From Candidatus Woesebacteria bacterium (GTDB lineage: Bacteria; Patescibacteriota; Microgenomatia; UBA1400; PJMF01): 39,500 bases of DNA. Positions within the stretch are counted from its first letter, which is position 1. Every line of letters starts with the position of its first letter. Position numbers and translations under genes: made by a program. The notes beneath the pieces were generated by a model that had not been told where the DNA came from, did not search any database, and saw nothing but the letters and a program-made list of their open reading frames with translations. The stretch covers positions 1-39,500 of the forward strand of contig JAGOOB010000002.1 of NCBI GenBank assembly GCA_017992725.1. The letters are read 5' to 3'. Below, piece by piece: positions 1 to 9,022 of the stretch.

Positions 1-318
1 CTTAACCTCAAACAATTAAGTGGTATTTGGCAGAATTGCACAAATTTAGAAATTTTTTGGCAAGAAGATGCCCTTTCTCCCTTTGCCAGTCTAAGCTGCG
101 GGGTGAAAGAAAAAGAAGATCAAGAACTAACCGATACCACCACTGAAAAAAGCGAGAAAAAAATAAATTATTTAGTTTATTTTGAAGATGAAAAATCGCT
201 ACAATACAAAATTGATTTTGCCAATCAACTAGAAGTGGCTGGCATTGCTATTTGGGCTCTTGGATATGAAGGAGAAACTCGAGATCTATGGGAAGTGGTA
301 GGAAAATTAAGAAATTAA
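1..318 (+). CDS. Glycoside hydrolase family 18-like protein, C-terminal fragment (5' end lies outside the window)
   Basis: Frame 1 is open from base 1 to the TAA at 316-318. The tail ...YFEDEKSLQYKIDFANQLEVAGIAIWALGYEG resembles the C-terminal end of GH18 chitinase-like TIM barrels. The GTG at 103 in the ORF track is internal. Confidence 0.5.
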   Translation, partial: LNLKQLSGIWQNCTNLEIFWQEDALSPFASLSCGVKEKEDQELTDTTTEKSEKKINYLVYFEDEKSLQYKIDFANQLEVAGIAIWALGYEGETRDLWEVVGKLRN

Positions 319-352
319 TTTATCTGCTTAAAACTCATTCGATTTGAATTCA

Positions 353-2326
353 TTAACTGGTCTTAAATTGTTTGGCTAAAAGAAATGACCAAACTCCAGT
401 GGCTAAGAAAAACAAACCAACCATTAATAAGCTCATGGTTTCAAATACCGAACCAGCATTGTAAGTGCCACTTTCCGTGGAAACTACTGTTTCTCTAGCG
501 CTTTCGGTGGCGATGGGAGTAGGAGTTGGGCTTACACTCGGCGTAATTGACGGAACATAGGGGTTACCACTGCCATATGGTAAAGTTGTTGTATCAGCAG
601 CGGCAATAGTGCTGGTTTCCTCCTCTGCTTGCTGAACATCATCACTAGCACTTACTCTAAAATCATAACTCTCCCGAACTTCTTCTCCAGTGTTTGGATC
701 TACGTATGTGTAAGTTACGGTATGTTCACCTGGACTTAAACTTTGTTCGAGACTGGCAATGTCTAACACTAATTCACCATTAGCATCTGTTGCTTTCACT
801 GTTTCTATTGCTGTATCAGAATTAACTTCGATTTTAACGGTAACATTAGGTGGTAAATTAGTTTTAATGATTGGTTGAGTGGAGTTAATGACAATGTCTT
901 CTTCTTCCCCAACACTCGTCAAATCTAAAGTCCGATCTTGTTCGTTTAGCTCTCCAATTACAGAAGAATCTTGACTTTCTACATTTTGATTAATTGCGGT
1001 ACTCTCTGTAGACTCTTGAGCAATTAAAGAATTTTCTGTAGTACTTTCTTCCAATTCAATTTCCTCAGTATCTTCGCTATTTTTTCCAGTGTCTTGATTA
1101 CTTTCACCTAGTAATTCTTCTCTAGTGGCAGACAAATCATCCGTAGAAGCGGCTTCTTGTCCCATAATAATATCTGGCACCGGTTGAGCACTAGTTACAT
1201 TAGTGACTCTACTAGTAATTGAATTTGGTTCAATACCTTGTACCTTGATTGATAGCACACTGTCTTCATTTACTTCCGGGTAACCATTCAAACTCAAATT
1301 AAAAGCATTGGCCAAAGAAACTGCCCAACTCCCTGAAGATTTGACTAAGGTAGATAAAGTGCTAGCTCCTTCTACAGTCACAAAAACAATCGCTCCTTCA
1401 CCAGGCTGTCCATTCGCTTGACTCACCGTACCGTAAATAGTTTGATTGTTCGGGGAGACACCACCGGGGTCGCTAGCTGTTTTGATCTGAAAGGGATTTC
1501 CTCCATTATCAAAAGTTGTATTACTACCAGTGCCAAGCAGATAATAATAGGTAGTATTAGGTTCTAGACCCTTAACAGTAATATGATGAAGGCGGTAAGG
1601 TTTAATTACTCCCGACAACTGATCTCTGTCATCACTGACTTGTTTTTTTATATCGTTAGGGCTAGTGCCATATTTGATAAAAGCGATTGTTTCTTCGTCA
1701 GTATAGAAAGAGACAGTAAATGACTTATTGGTAATATTGCTATTGGTAATATTCTTGGGAGTCGTTTCTGGAGTTGCTCGAGGAGCAAATAGACCAGTTC
1801 CATTACCAAAGAAAATAACACCAATCACCAACGACACAACTAAAAGTAATATCCCTAAGATGGTTGGTATTTCTTTTTTACCAGAGCTCTTCTTTACGTT
1901 CTTTTCTGATTTATCTTTTTGCTTTTTTCCTTTTTTAGCAATTTTGCCTTCTTTTCTAATTCCAATTTGCTCGGTTGGTACTAGTTTTTGATCATTAGTT
2001 GTTGGTAAGGACCGACCTGGATAGATGCTAGATTGGCTGGATGCGCCCAGATTATTTGCAACTGGACTGACTGGTTTTTGGCCGATAGTACTCCCAATTG
2101 GCCGTTGAACAGATGTATTGGTTATTGGTTGTGGTGCAGGTGCGCCTGCTACTGCCGGTTTGAAACTTGGGCTATTGGGTGAAGCAAATTTTTGATTCTC
2201 CATCATTGGAGCCGGATTTTTTACAGGAGTGTTTGTTTGAGCAGTTACAATTGGTGGGGGCACTGGCTTAGGCAAATGTTGACTAAGTTTAGTAGCCGCT
2301 GATTGATTATTATTTACAACTTGCAT
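353..2326 (-). CDS. Large cell-surface protein with a Pro/Lys-rich N-terminal tail, a TM anchor, an FN3 (purple-acid-phosphatase-N-like) domain, beta-sandwich domains, acidic linkers and a C-terminal hydrophobic anchor
   Basis: Long ORF. ATG at 2326 (MQVVNNNQ) is preferred over the TTG at 2344. TM segment IPTILGILLLVVSLVIGVIFFG. FN3-like FTVSFYTDEETIAFIKYGTS...HHITVKGLEPNTTYYYLLG. CarboxypepD_reg-like IYGTVSQANGQPGEGAIVFV. Ig-like VTVKIEVNSD...HTVTYTYVDPNTGEE. C-terminal MSLLMVGLFFLATGVWSFLLAKQFKTS. Confidence 0.6.
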   Translation of the reverse strand: MQVVNNNQSAATKLSQHLPKPVPPPIVTAQTNTPVKNPAPMMENQKFASPNSPSFKPAVAGAPAPQPITNTSVQRPIGSTIGQKPVSPVANNLGASSQSSIYPGRSLPTTNDQKLVPTEQIGIRKEGKIAKKGKKQKDKSEKNVKKSSGKKEIPTILGILLLVVSLVIGVIFFGNGTGLFAPRATPETTPKNITNSNITNKSFTVSFYTDEETIAFIKYGTSPNDIKKQVSDDRDQLSGVIKPYRLHHITVKGLEPNTTYYYLLGTGSNTTFDNGGNPFQIKTASDPGGVSPNNQTIYGTVSQANGQPGEGAIVFVTVEGASTLSTLVKSSGSWAVSLANAFNLSLNGYPEVNEDSVLSIKVQGIEPNSITSRVTNVTSAQPVPDIIMGQEAASTDDLSATREELLGESNQDTGKNSEDTEEIELEESTTENSLIAQESTESTAINQNVESQDSSVIGELNEQDRTLDLTSVGEEEDIVINSTQPIIKTNLPPNVTVKIEVNSDTAIETVKATDANGELVLDIASLEQSLSPGEHTVTYTYVDPNTGEEVRESYDFRVSASDDVQQAEEETSTIAAADTTTLPYGSGNPYVPSITPSVSPTPTPIATESARETVVSTESGTYNAGSVFETMSLLMVGLFFLATGVWSFLLAKQFKTS

Positions 2327-2393
2327 ATCAAAACCAAGACACAAAAAGTGCCTTAATATTACTTTATACGAATTAAAAATAGATCACAAGGCG

Positions 2394-2443
2394 AAAAAAA
2401 ACCAAACAAAAAACCAATCATTTTAATAAATTTATTGAATGAT
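2394..2443 (-). terminator. Weak AT-only hairpin followed by a T-rich tract (minus strand), after the PilN/PilO-like genes
   Basis: atcatt (2417-2422) pairs with aatgat (2438-2443) around the perfect 12-bp palindrome aataaatttatt (2425-2436). On the minus strand it is followed by TGGTTTTTTGTTTGGTTTTTTTT. The stem has no GC pairs, so it is weak. Confidence 0.25.
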
Positions 2444-2475
2444 CAATTATTTTTTGATATTAATTAGCGAGTAAA

Positions 2476-2865
2476 TTAAAAAGAAGCTTCTTCCACTAAC
2501 ACTTCTTGATCGAGCATGGCACTATTGGTAGCTAAGTTGCTAATATCAGTAAACACGCCTATTTCACCTCGTTTTTCATCACCACTGACTAAATAAACAT
2601 AAATTGGAAAAATACTCAGCTCTTCATCGGTTATGGCCCGTTTTTCTTCAATCATAGAAAAAACTTCAACGTCGAGACGAGGTATCAGTGGTTTAGCCAA
2701 CTCAGTCAACTGCTGATCAATTTTAACTTGTTTTTGAGAAGTTAATATACTGACAGCCGTCCAGATTAATACCGCTACCAAAAATAATATTCCAGCCCAC
2801 AAAATGCTTTTCTGTCGCCGTAATCGGTTAAGCTCTTGTTTTAGTCTGGCTCTTTCTTTATTCAT
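2476..2865 (-). CDS. Single-pass membrane protein, function unknown (third gene of the PilN/PilO-like set)
   Basis: 129-aa ORF with a basic N-terminus and one TM (ILWAGILFLVAVLIWTAVSIL). Its ATG overlaps the stop of the upstream gene by 8 nt. Confidence 0.45.
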   Translation of the reverse strand: MNKERARLKQELNRLRRQKSILWAGILFLVAVLIWTAVSILTSQKQVKIDQQLTELAKPLIPRLDVEVFSMIEEKRAITDEELSIFPIYVYLVSGDEKRGEIGVFTDISNLATNSAMLDQEVLVEEASF

Positions 2866-3496
2866 TTTGATCCACTGTTGAACTTAACACGTAATAAGGT
2901 AAAGAAACTCTTAACGTGGCAGATAAATTATCTGTTTCCGTCATTCTTTCTACTACTACCTGATCTACTATAATTACTTGACGGATATTCATGATTTTTT
3001 CTACAAACTCTCTAATCTGCAAGTAACTACCAATCACTTCAATATTAATCGGTAAAAACTCTCTTTGATAATCTTTAAAATTATTAGTCAGTGATTCTTC
3101 TTTAACTGCTCCTGGCATTGTGGATATCGACATTGTATTAATCACAAGTTGTTCTTCTCCAGCTAGTTTTTCCAATTTTTTTAATGATTTGACCACATCC
3201 AATCGTCGAGGAATCGCTTCTTCCAGTAAATAAAATTGAGATTGATGCAGGGTATATTGTTCCTGTGCAGTAGCCAAACTAGCTAATTTCAGGTTCATTT
3301 GCTCGCTCAATTCCTTTTTATCTTCAATTTCTTTAACCAACTCAGCCATGGTGATTAGAGTCGGACGAATGGCAAAAACAGCAAAGAGAATGACAATTAG
3401 CACTGACAAAATAAGTTCTATAGAAACTCTGGCAATAGGCTTTTGATAAAAGTCCATTAAAACTGCTGTTAGTTGTGCTTGATCCGTTTTTGCCAT
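2858..3496 (-). CDS. PilO-like type IV pilus assembly protein
   Basis: 212 aa. N-terminal TM (ELILSVLIVILFAVFAI), then a coiled-coil region (EIEDKKELSEQMNLKLASLATAQEQY) and an alpha/beta C-terminal domain. This architecture and its position after a PilN-like gene are typical of PilO. Confidence 0.45.
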   Translation of the reverse strand: MAKTDQAQLTAVLMDFYQKPIARVSIELILSVLIVILFAVFAIRPTLITMAELVKEIEDKKELSEQMNLKLASLATAQEQYTLHQSQFYLLEEAIPRRLDVVKSLKKLEKLAGEEQLVINTMSISTMPGAVKEESLTNNFKDYQREFLPINIEVIGSYLQIREFVEKIMNIRQVIIVDQVVVERMTETDNLSATLRVSLPYYVLSSTVDQNE

Positions 3497-3510
3497 TATT
3501 ATCCAATTAC

Positions 3511-4101
3511 TTATTCAGTAGTTGCTGCTGTTTTAACCACTTTAGCTCTCATATCAAAGGTTAAACCAGGTAAGTTTTCTCCTCTGGATTCAATCTTATC
3601 CATAGCAATATCAGTAAAATAAGGAGAAAGTTTGACATTATTAACCAATACATTTAAGGCTTCCTGAGATAATGCAATACCTGTAAAAAGAACTTCATTT
3701 TGTTTAATCGTCAATTCATCCAAAATTACATTATCGGGAATAGTTTCATTTAAAATAGGAAAAATTTCGATTAAATTTGATTCTTGTTGTAACTGTTTGA
3801 CATCAGCAATTTGAGCTTGTACAAAAAGGAAATTCTCTTCCAAATCGTGATAAGCTTCTATAGCATTTTTTTGCTGATTAATAGTCACATTTAAGTCTGT
3901 TACTTGACGATCTAAAAAGAAACGGGTCAAAAAACTCACAATCACTACTAATTGAGTAAAAATTACTATGTAACGACCAACATTAACCGTCCATTTTAAC
4001 GACCGACCGATAGCTGTCTCAAGGAATGGATCTTTGGGGACAAGGTTGACATCTAATACAACCGGAGTTTGTTTTTTTTTCTTAGACTTGCTACTGGGCA
4101 T
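3511..4101 (-). CDS. PilN-like (fimbrial assembly) protein
   Basis: 196 aa. N-terminal VNLVPKDPF resembles the conserved INLLP motif of PilN. It is followed by a single TM (YIVIFTQLVVIVSFL) and a coiled-coil periplasmic part. Confidence 0.5.
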   Translation of the reverse strand: MPSSKSKKKKQTPVVLDVNLVPKDPFLETAIGRSLKWTVNVGRYIVIFTQLVVIVSFLTRFFLDRQVTDLNVTINQQKNAIEAYHDLEENFLFVQAQIADVKQLQQESNLIEIFPILNETIPDNVILDELTIKQNEVLFTGIALSQEALNVLVNNVKLSPYFTDIAMDKIESRGENLPGLTFDMRAKVVKTAATTE

Positions 4102-4155
4102 TATCTACATTGTAAATTAATTTTATAGAGAATAAAAGAGCTTATCAGAAAAAAA

Positions 4156-5844
4156 TTATTTAGATAATTCGTCTTCAATAGAACTATCAAGCAGTACTTC
4201 TTGAGAATCCTCGAGTACTGGACGCCACTTACCAAATTTAGCAATTAAACTATTAAAGTAACTCAATTCTTTCACATCAAATAAAATGGAAAAATAAAGA
4301 TAGACCAATAAAGCAATGGTACTGGTGGAAACAGTTAAGGCAATTAGATCAACTGTTCTCGTCGTATCAAAAACTACTTCGTCCAAGATCTTAAAGGGCA
4401 AATATAAGAAAACAGCCATAAAGAAACTGGCCAACAAGATTTTTAGCTGAGGCAGAAAGAAATCCGCAAAGGTAAAACATTGAATTTTCTTTTGTAATAA
4501 AATCAACATCAACAATAGTTCAACAAAAGCCGCTACAGTAATTGATATGCCTAAACTGAACACGCCCAGGTTAAAAACATAAATTCCCACAACATTGGTC
4601 ATTAAATATACAAGTACTGAAATAGTAGTCACCATGAAGGGCGTTCTCGTGTCTTTGAGAGCGTAAAAACCACGAATTAATAACTGCACCATCGCTTGGG
4701 CAGTGATTGAAATAGCAATCAATGCTACTACTTTCCCCGTTGCAATCGTGGTTTGCCAAGGAAAGTTAGCCGTACCAAAAACCAAACGTACTGCTGGTAC
4801 TCGCAAAATCAACAATAGCACTGAAGCTGGCATAGCTAAAAAGGAAATCTGGTTAAGTGACTGCAACAGTAATTGATTAAACTTTTTTCTGTTTGCATCA
4901 GCCGACTCCTCTGATAAAAACGGAAAAGAAGCTTGACTAATTGGGACCCCAAAAAACCGAATCGGCAAAGTCATTAATCGTCTTGCTAGATTGATAATCA
5001 CGAAACTTAAATTGCCAATACTAGTAGCAAAAAATCCCATCGCCAAATTTTGTAGTTCTCCTACTCCGACTGTCATTAAGCGAGGGGGCATCATTTTGAA
5101 TAGTTTTTTTACTTCGCTAAAGCGCCAATCAAATGAAGCTTGCCAGCGATAACCAGTTTTTAAAATTAAAGGTAATTGAATGAGCATGTGTAGCGCTGCC
5201 CCAATGACCACACCGAGTCCAGCGGCATAAATACCCAAATATTGAGCTAAAAAGATGGAGGTGATAATAATCCCCAGATTATAAACTAAGGGAGCTATGG
5301 CCGGAATAATAAAGCGTTGATAAGCCTGTAAAATTCCTGTTAAAAAATTGGAAATAGCAAAGAAGAACTGAGCAAATAACATGACTCTAGTCAAATTGAC
5401 GGCAATTTCTACCTGTTCTGGAGTAAATTCAGCCCCTGTCCGAGCCAAAGTAATTGGTCGAGCAAAGATAAAAGCGACAATTGAGAAAAAAGCAAAAATT
5501 AATAATACCAAATTCATAACTGTTGAAGTGAATGTAAAAGCTTTCTTCTTATCCTTCCTTTTTAATTCCGTAAAAAGTGGAATAAAGGCAGCGGACAATG
5601 CTCCAAGAACGATGAGTTGAAAAAGTAAATCTGGAATTTGAAAAGCGACTTGAAAAGCCTCGTAGGCCTGCTGACCCTCAATATTATTAAAAAAGAGCTT
5701 AATTAAGACCCTTTCTCTCAGCAAACCTAATAACGAAGAAGAAATATTGGCCACTGTAATAATAAAAGCGGCTGATAAAATCGAATTTTGTTTTTTTGCC
5801 ATCCAGTAAGAATTAGCTTTAAAAATTTTATTAAATGAAATCAT
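4156..5844 (-). CDS. murJ: Lipid II flippase MurJ (MviN family, MOP superfamily)
   Basis: 562-aa polytopic membrane protein. N-terminal SAAFIITVANISSSLLGLLRERVLIKLF and ...AFQIPDLLFQL...GALSAAFIPLF are characteristic MurJ/MviN motifs. Confidence 0.85.
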   Translation of the reverse strand: MISFNKIFKANSYWMAKKQNSILSAAFIITVANISSSLLGLLRERVLIKLFFNNIEGQQAYEAFQVAFQIPDLLFQLIVLGALSAAFIPLFTELKRKDKKKAFTFTSTVMNLVLLIFAFFSIVAFIFARPITLARTGAEFTPEQVEIAVNLTRVMLFAQFFFAISNFLTGILQAYQRFIIPAIAPLVYNLGIIITSIFLAQYLGIYAAGLGVVIGAALHMLIQLPLILKTGYRWQASFDWRFSEVKKLFKMMPPRLMTVGVGELQNLAMGFFATSIGNLSFVIINLARRLMTLPIRFFGVPISQASFPFLSEESADANRKKFNQLLLQSLNQISFLAMPASVLLLILRVPAVRLVFGTANFPWQTTIATGKVVALIAISITAQAMVQLLIRGFYALKDTRTPFMVTTISVLVYLMTNVVGIYVFNLGVFSLGISITVAAFVELLLMLILLQKKIQCFTFADFFLPQLKILLASFFMAVFLYLPFKILDEVVFDTTRTVDLIALTVSTSTIALLVYLYFSILFDVKELSYFNSLIAKFGKWRPVLEDSQEVLLDSSIEDELSK

Positions 5845-5918
5845 ATGAGTAGCTTAATTATAAGAAAAAATCAGAAAAAAAGGAAATCTAAGATTTAATT
5901 AGCACCAACCAGGGAAAC

Positions 5919-5947
5919 TTGTATGATCGATTCTTTTCTTGTATAAT
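5919..5947 (+). promoter_or_regulatory. Sigma-70-type promoter candidate for rpsT-lepA
   Basis: TTGTAT (5919-5924), a 17-nt spacer, then TATAAT (5942-5947), about 30 nt upstream of the rpsT ATG. An AAGGA RBS lies at about 5969. Confidence 0.4.
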
Positions 5948-5978
5948 CACGCCTTGTTAAATTGAAAGAAGGAAATCA

Positions 5979-6221
5979 ATGCCAATTTTAAAAAATGCCA
6001 AAAAAGCCCTAAGAGTTAGCGAGAGAAAAAATATTGTTAATCGCAAAGTAAAATCTCAAGTTAAAACTGCCATAGATCAAGCAATCAAAGAACCAAGTCA
6101 AGAAAATTTAGCTAAGGCTAGTAGTAAAATTGATCGGGCTGTTAAGAAAAATTTAATGCACAAAAATAAAGCGGCCCGCGTCAAATCTAGACTCGCCAAG
6201 CTCAAAAGCAAATCGTCATAA
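5979..6221 (+). CDS. rpsT: 30S ribosomal protein S20
   Basis: 80-aa basic protein. MPILKNAKKALRVSERKNIVNRKVKSQVKTAIDQ matches the S20 N-terminus. Its stop overlaps the lepA ATG (TAATG). Confidence 0.9.
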   Translation: MPILKNAKKALRVSERKNIVNRKVKSQVKTAIDQAIKEPSQENLAKASSKIDRAVKKNLMHKNKAARVKSRLAKLKSKSS

Positions 6222-8041
6222 TGGCAGAGCTCTCGAAAATCAGAAACTTTTCTATCATTGCACATGTCGATCACGGCAAAACTACTTTGACCGATGTTTT
6301 TTTGCATTTAACTAATGCTGTCAGCAAATCAAAGTTTCACGAACGAGTGATGGACTCCAACCCCATTGAACAAGAAAAAGGAGTAACCATCAAATTGGCT
6401 CCAGTACGCATGAATTATAAAGGATATATTCTAAATTTGATTGATACGCCAGGACATGTTGATTTTGCTTATGAAGTCAGTCGTTCCTTAGCAGCTTGCG
6501 AAGGGGCGGTAATCTTAGTTGACGCCAGTCAGGGAGTACAGGCCCAAACTTTAGCTAATTATCAAAAGGCTAAAGATCTTGGTTTAACCATTATCCCGGT
6601 CATTAATAAAATTGATTTGCCCTCTGCCAATGTCGAACAGTGTCTATTAGAGATGATGGAAATTTTTAATTTAAAAGAAGAGGAAATCTTACAAGTGAGT
6701 GCTAAAACAGGACAAAACGTCGAAAAAGTTTTGGACGCCATCATCGACAGAATTCCACCTCCACAAACTACCCTAATTCAAGAAAGACAAGCAAAAGCTA
6801 TTAATACTAGTGACGAGAAAAAAGCTACTCAGGCCCTAATTATTACTTCAAAATTTGATAATCATCAAGGGGCCATTGCTTATGTGAGAGTAGTGAGTGG
6901 CCAAATTAATAAAGAGAGTTTACATTTGATTTCGACTAATATTAGCTTTAATCCAATCGAAATTGGCGTTTTTACCCCTGATCCAACTAAAAAGGAATTT
7001 TTAACCACAGGTGAAGTAGGATATATTGCCACCGGACTGAAAGACACTAGTCAATTGAAGATCGGCGACACTATCACCACCGTTAGAGAAAAGAAAATCG
7101 CTAAACCATTGGCTGGTTATCAAGAACCACAAGCTATGGTTTTTATGGAACTTTATCCAATCGATAGCAAAAATTTTACTGAGCTCAAAGAAGCAATGGC
7201 CAAATTGCAATTACATGACAGTGCTTTACAATATCAAACCACTAATTCTGTAGCACTTGGCAATGGACTACGCGTCGGGTTTTTGGGGATTTTCCATGCT
7301 GAAATAGTTAGAGAAAGGCTATCAAGAGAGTTTGATTTAGAACTAATTAGTACTGCTCCTTCGATTACCTACCAGATTGTGATGGACAATCAAGAAAACT
7401 TGCTGATTCACAATCCCGCTGAATTGCCTGAAATTAGTCGCATTAAGGAAATTAGAGAACCTATTTGTCAGTTAAATATTTTTAGCCCAGAGGAATACCT
7501 TCCTTCAATTATGAAATTTTGTCAAGAAAGACGAGGACAGTTAAAAAATAGTTTACGTGCTGGGAATCGCAATCAGCTGCAATACGAGATGCCATTCGCG
7601 GAATTGGTAAACGATTTTCACGATCAACTAAAATCGATTAGTTCTGGTTTCGCTTCGATGGATTATCGCTTTAGCCATTACCAAACTGTAGACGCAGTCA
7701 AAGTTGATATTTTAATTAATTTAGTCAAAATTGAAGCCCTCAGCTTTATTACTACTAGAGACAATGCCGACAAAAAAGCGCGAGCAATTGTGAAAAAACT
7801 TAAAGAAGTGATACCTAGACATATGTTTGAAATACCAATCCAAGCGGCAATTGGCGGTAAAATCATTGCTAGGGAAACTATTAAGGCCTTCCGCAAAGAT
7901 GTCACCGCTAAACTTTATGGTGGCGATCGTACTCGAAGAATGAAACTCCTCAAGAAACAGAGTAAAGGTAAAAAGAGAATGAAACAGTTCGGCAAAGTCG
8001 AACTGAATCAAGAAGCCTTTTTAGCTGTTTTAGAAAACTAA
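6221..8041 (+). CDS. lepA: Translation elongation factor 4 (LepA)
   Basis: 606 aa. G1 motif AHVDHGKTTL, G3 DTPGHVDF, G4 NKIDL, and the LepA-specific C-terminal region (...LYGGDRTRRMKLLKKQSKGKKRMKQFGKVE). Confidence 0.95.
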   Translation: MAELSKIRNFSIIAHVDHGKTTLTDVFLHLTNAVSKSKFHERVMDSNPIEQEKGVTIKLAPVRMNYKGYILNLIDTPGHVDFAYEVSRSLAACEGAVILVDASQGVQAQTLANYQKAKDLGLTIIPVINKIDLPSANVEQCLLEMMEIFNLKEEEILQVSAKTGQNVEKVLDAIIDRIPPPQTTLIQERQAKAINTSDEKKATQALIITSKFDNHQGAIAYVRVVSGQINKESLHLISTNISFNPIEIGVFTPDPTKKEFLTTGEVGYIATGLKDTSQLKIGDTITTVREKKIAKPLAGYQEPQAMVFMELYPIDSKNFTELKEAMAKLQLHDSALQYQTTNSVALGNGLRVGFLGIFHAEIVRERLSREFDLELISTAPSITYQIVMDNQENLLIHNPAELPEISRIKEIREPICQLNIFSPEEYLPSIMKFCQERRGQLKNSLRAGNRNQLQYEMPFAELVNDFHDQLKSISSGFASMDYRFSHYQTVDAVKVDILINLVKIEALSFITTRDNADKKARAIVKKLKEVIPRHMFEIPIQAAIGGKIIARETIKAFRKDVTAKLYGGDRTRRMKLLKKQSKGKKRMKQFGKVELNQEAFLAVLEN

Positions 8042-8853
8042 AGCAAGCTTGGTTCGAATTTGAGATAACGAATATTAGCTTCACTACGCAAAGTCTCCAA
8101 CCACTCTTGTTGAGCAGCGCTGCGTTTTTCTTGAATTACTTGAGCTTCGATATCCTTCTTCATTTCCTCAAAATTAGCATCTTCTCCCAAAATTTCCTTA
8201 TTAGTTTCAAAATATTCCATTACCTCTTCGTCAGTAACTTGGATTTTATCAGCTAAAATTTTATCAACTTGTAAATTAAGTTTGATATCCTTTTCTATAT
8301 CTTCTCTGGTTAAATTCTGCATCGCCAAGATATCATCTAGATTTTGGTTTTGGGAAGCCAAAGTTGCTTCTATTTCGGCCATTTGATCAGCAATTTCTTG
8401 ATCATCAACTTTTATATCTGCTTCGTTAATAGCCTGATTAACCAATTCCATAGTCACTAGAGAATCTAAAATTTGGCTAGCTCCCTGTTTTTCTAATTCA
8501 CTAATAAGCTTAAAACGAGTAATGGGTTTACCATTTACCATGGCCACAATTATTTGACTCCGCAAAAACCATAAGGCTAGGGCAACTAATAATATAATGA
8601 TTGGCCAAATACTTTTTTTAGCGAGTTGTTCTTTTTTTACCGGCTTTTCCTGATTAACCACTTGTTCAGTTTTGTTAACAGCGATTTTTTTAGTAGCAGC
8701 GTTACTACTCAAAAGTTTAGCTTTGAGTGGTTTTTTTGCTGGCGCTTTACTAGCATTAACAGTACTAACAGTTTTTTTAGTTGTGACTTTTTTTCCCACG
8801 GACTTCTTTGTGCTTGCCTGAGACGGGGTCTTTTTTGTTTTTTTAGCTGGCAT
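8038..8853 (-). CDS. Membrane-anchored SurA-N-domain chaperone (PrsA/PpiD-like) with no obvious PPIase domain
   Basis: ATG at 8853 (MPAKKTKK) with a GAGAAAGG RBS is preferred over the 8934 start. Lys-rich tail, TM (IWPIIILLVALALWFL), then VAMVNGKPITRFKLISELEKQ..., typical of the SurA N-terminal domain. The 3' end overlaps lepA by 4 nt (convergent). Confidence 0.55.
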   Translation of the reverse strand: MPAKKTKKTPSQASTKKSVGKKVTTKKTVSTVNASKAPAKKPLKAKLLSSNAATKKIAVNKTEQVVNQEKPVKKEQLAKKSIWPIIILLVALALWFLRSQIIVAMVNGKPITRFKLISELEKQGASQILDSLVTMELVNQAINEADIKVDDQEIADQMAEIEATLASQNQNLDDILAMQNLTREDIEKDIKLNLQVDKILADKIQVTDEEVMEYFETNKEILGEDANFEEMKKDIEAQVIQEKRSAAQQEWLETLRSEANIRYLKFEPSLL

Positions 8854-9022
8854 ATCAACCTTTCTCTTAATTAAAAAATCTGACTTGTCTAGTTTATCTA
8901 TCAATAAAAAATCAGACTGTATCAAAGTTATCATTTTTTTTAAGAAAATACTAGGGGAAAAACTCAGAATTAAGAATTTTAATGTATAATGATTCTTGAT
9001 ATAATTAGCTTTGGAAAAACCA

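Noticed and set aside
1728-8874. Antisense or out-of-frame ORFs nested in long genes, for example 1728-1991, 4571-4759, 5381-5620, 6098-6307, 6562-6744, 7001-7210, 7678-7905, 7721-8011 and 8626-8874. Later examples are 13634-13876, 15031-15255, 16875-17060, 20952-21170, 21406-21681, 22252-22494, 22520-22753, 23716-23901, 26176-26391, 27174-27359, 37036-37218, 37938-38207 and 39013-39261.
   Set aside because: Each is fully overlapped by a much longer ORF with recognisable homology or coherent architecture. Their compositions are low-complexity mirror images of the sense frame.
8854-8934. N-terminal extensions from the longest-ORF models: 8934 for the SurA-like gene, 2344, 9011, 16545, 20117, 21508 and 24965 for others.
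   Set aside because: Six of the seven (2344, 9011, 16545, 20117, 21508, 24965) start at TTG codons. The 8934 start has no RBS, runs through intergenic-looking DNA and would add non-conserved residues. In-frame ATGs downstream give canonical N-termini, with visible RBS at 8853 (GAGAAAGG) and 21430 (AAAGGAAC).
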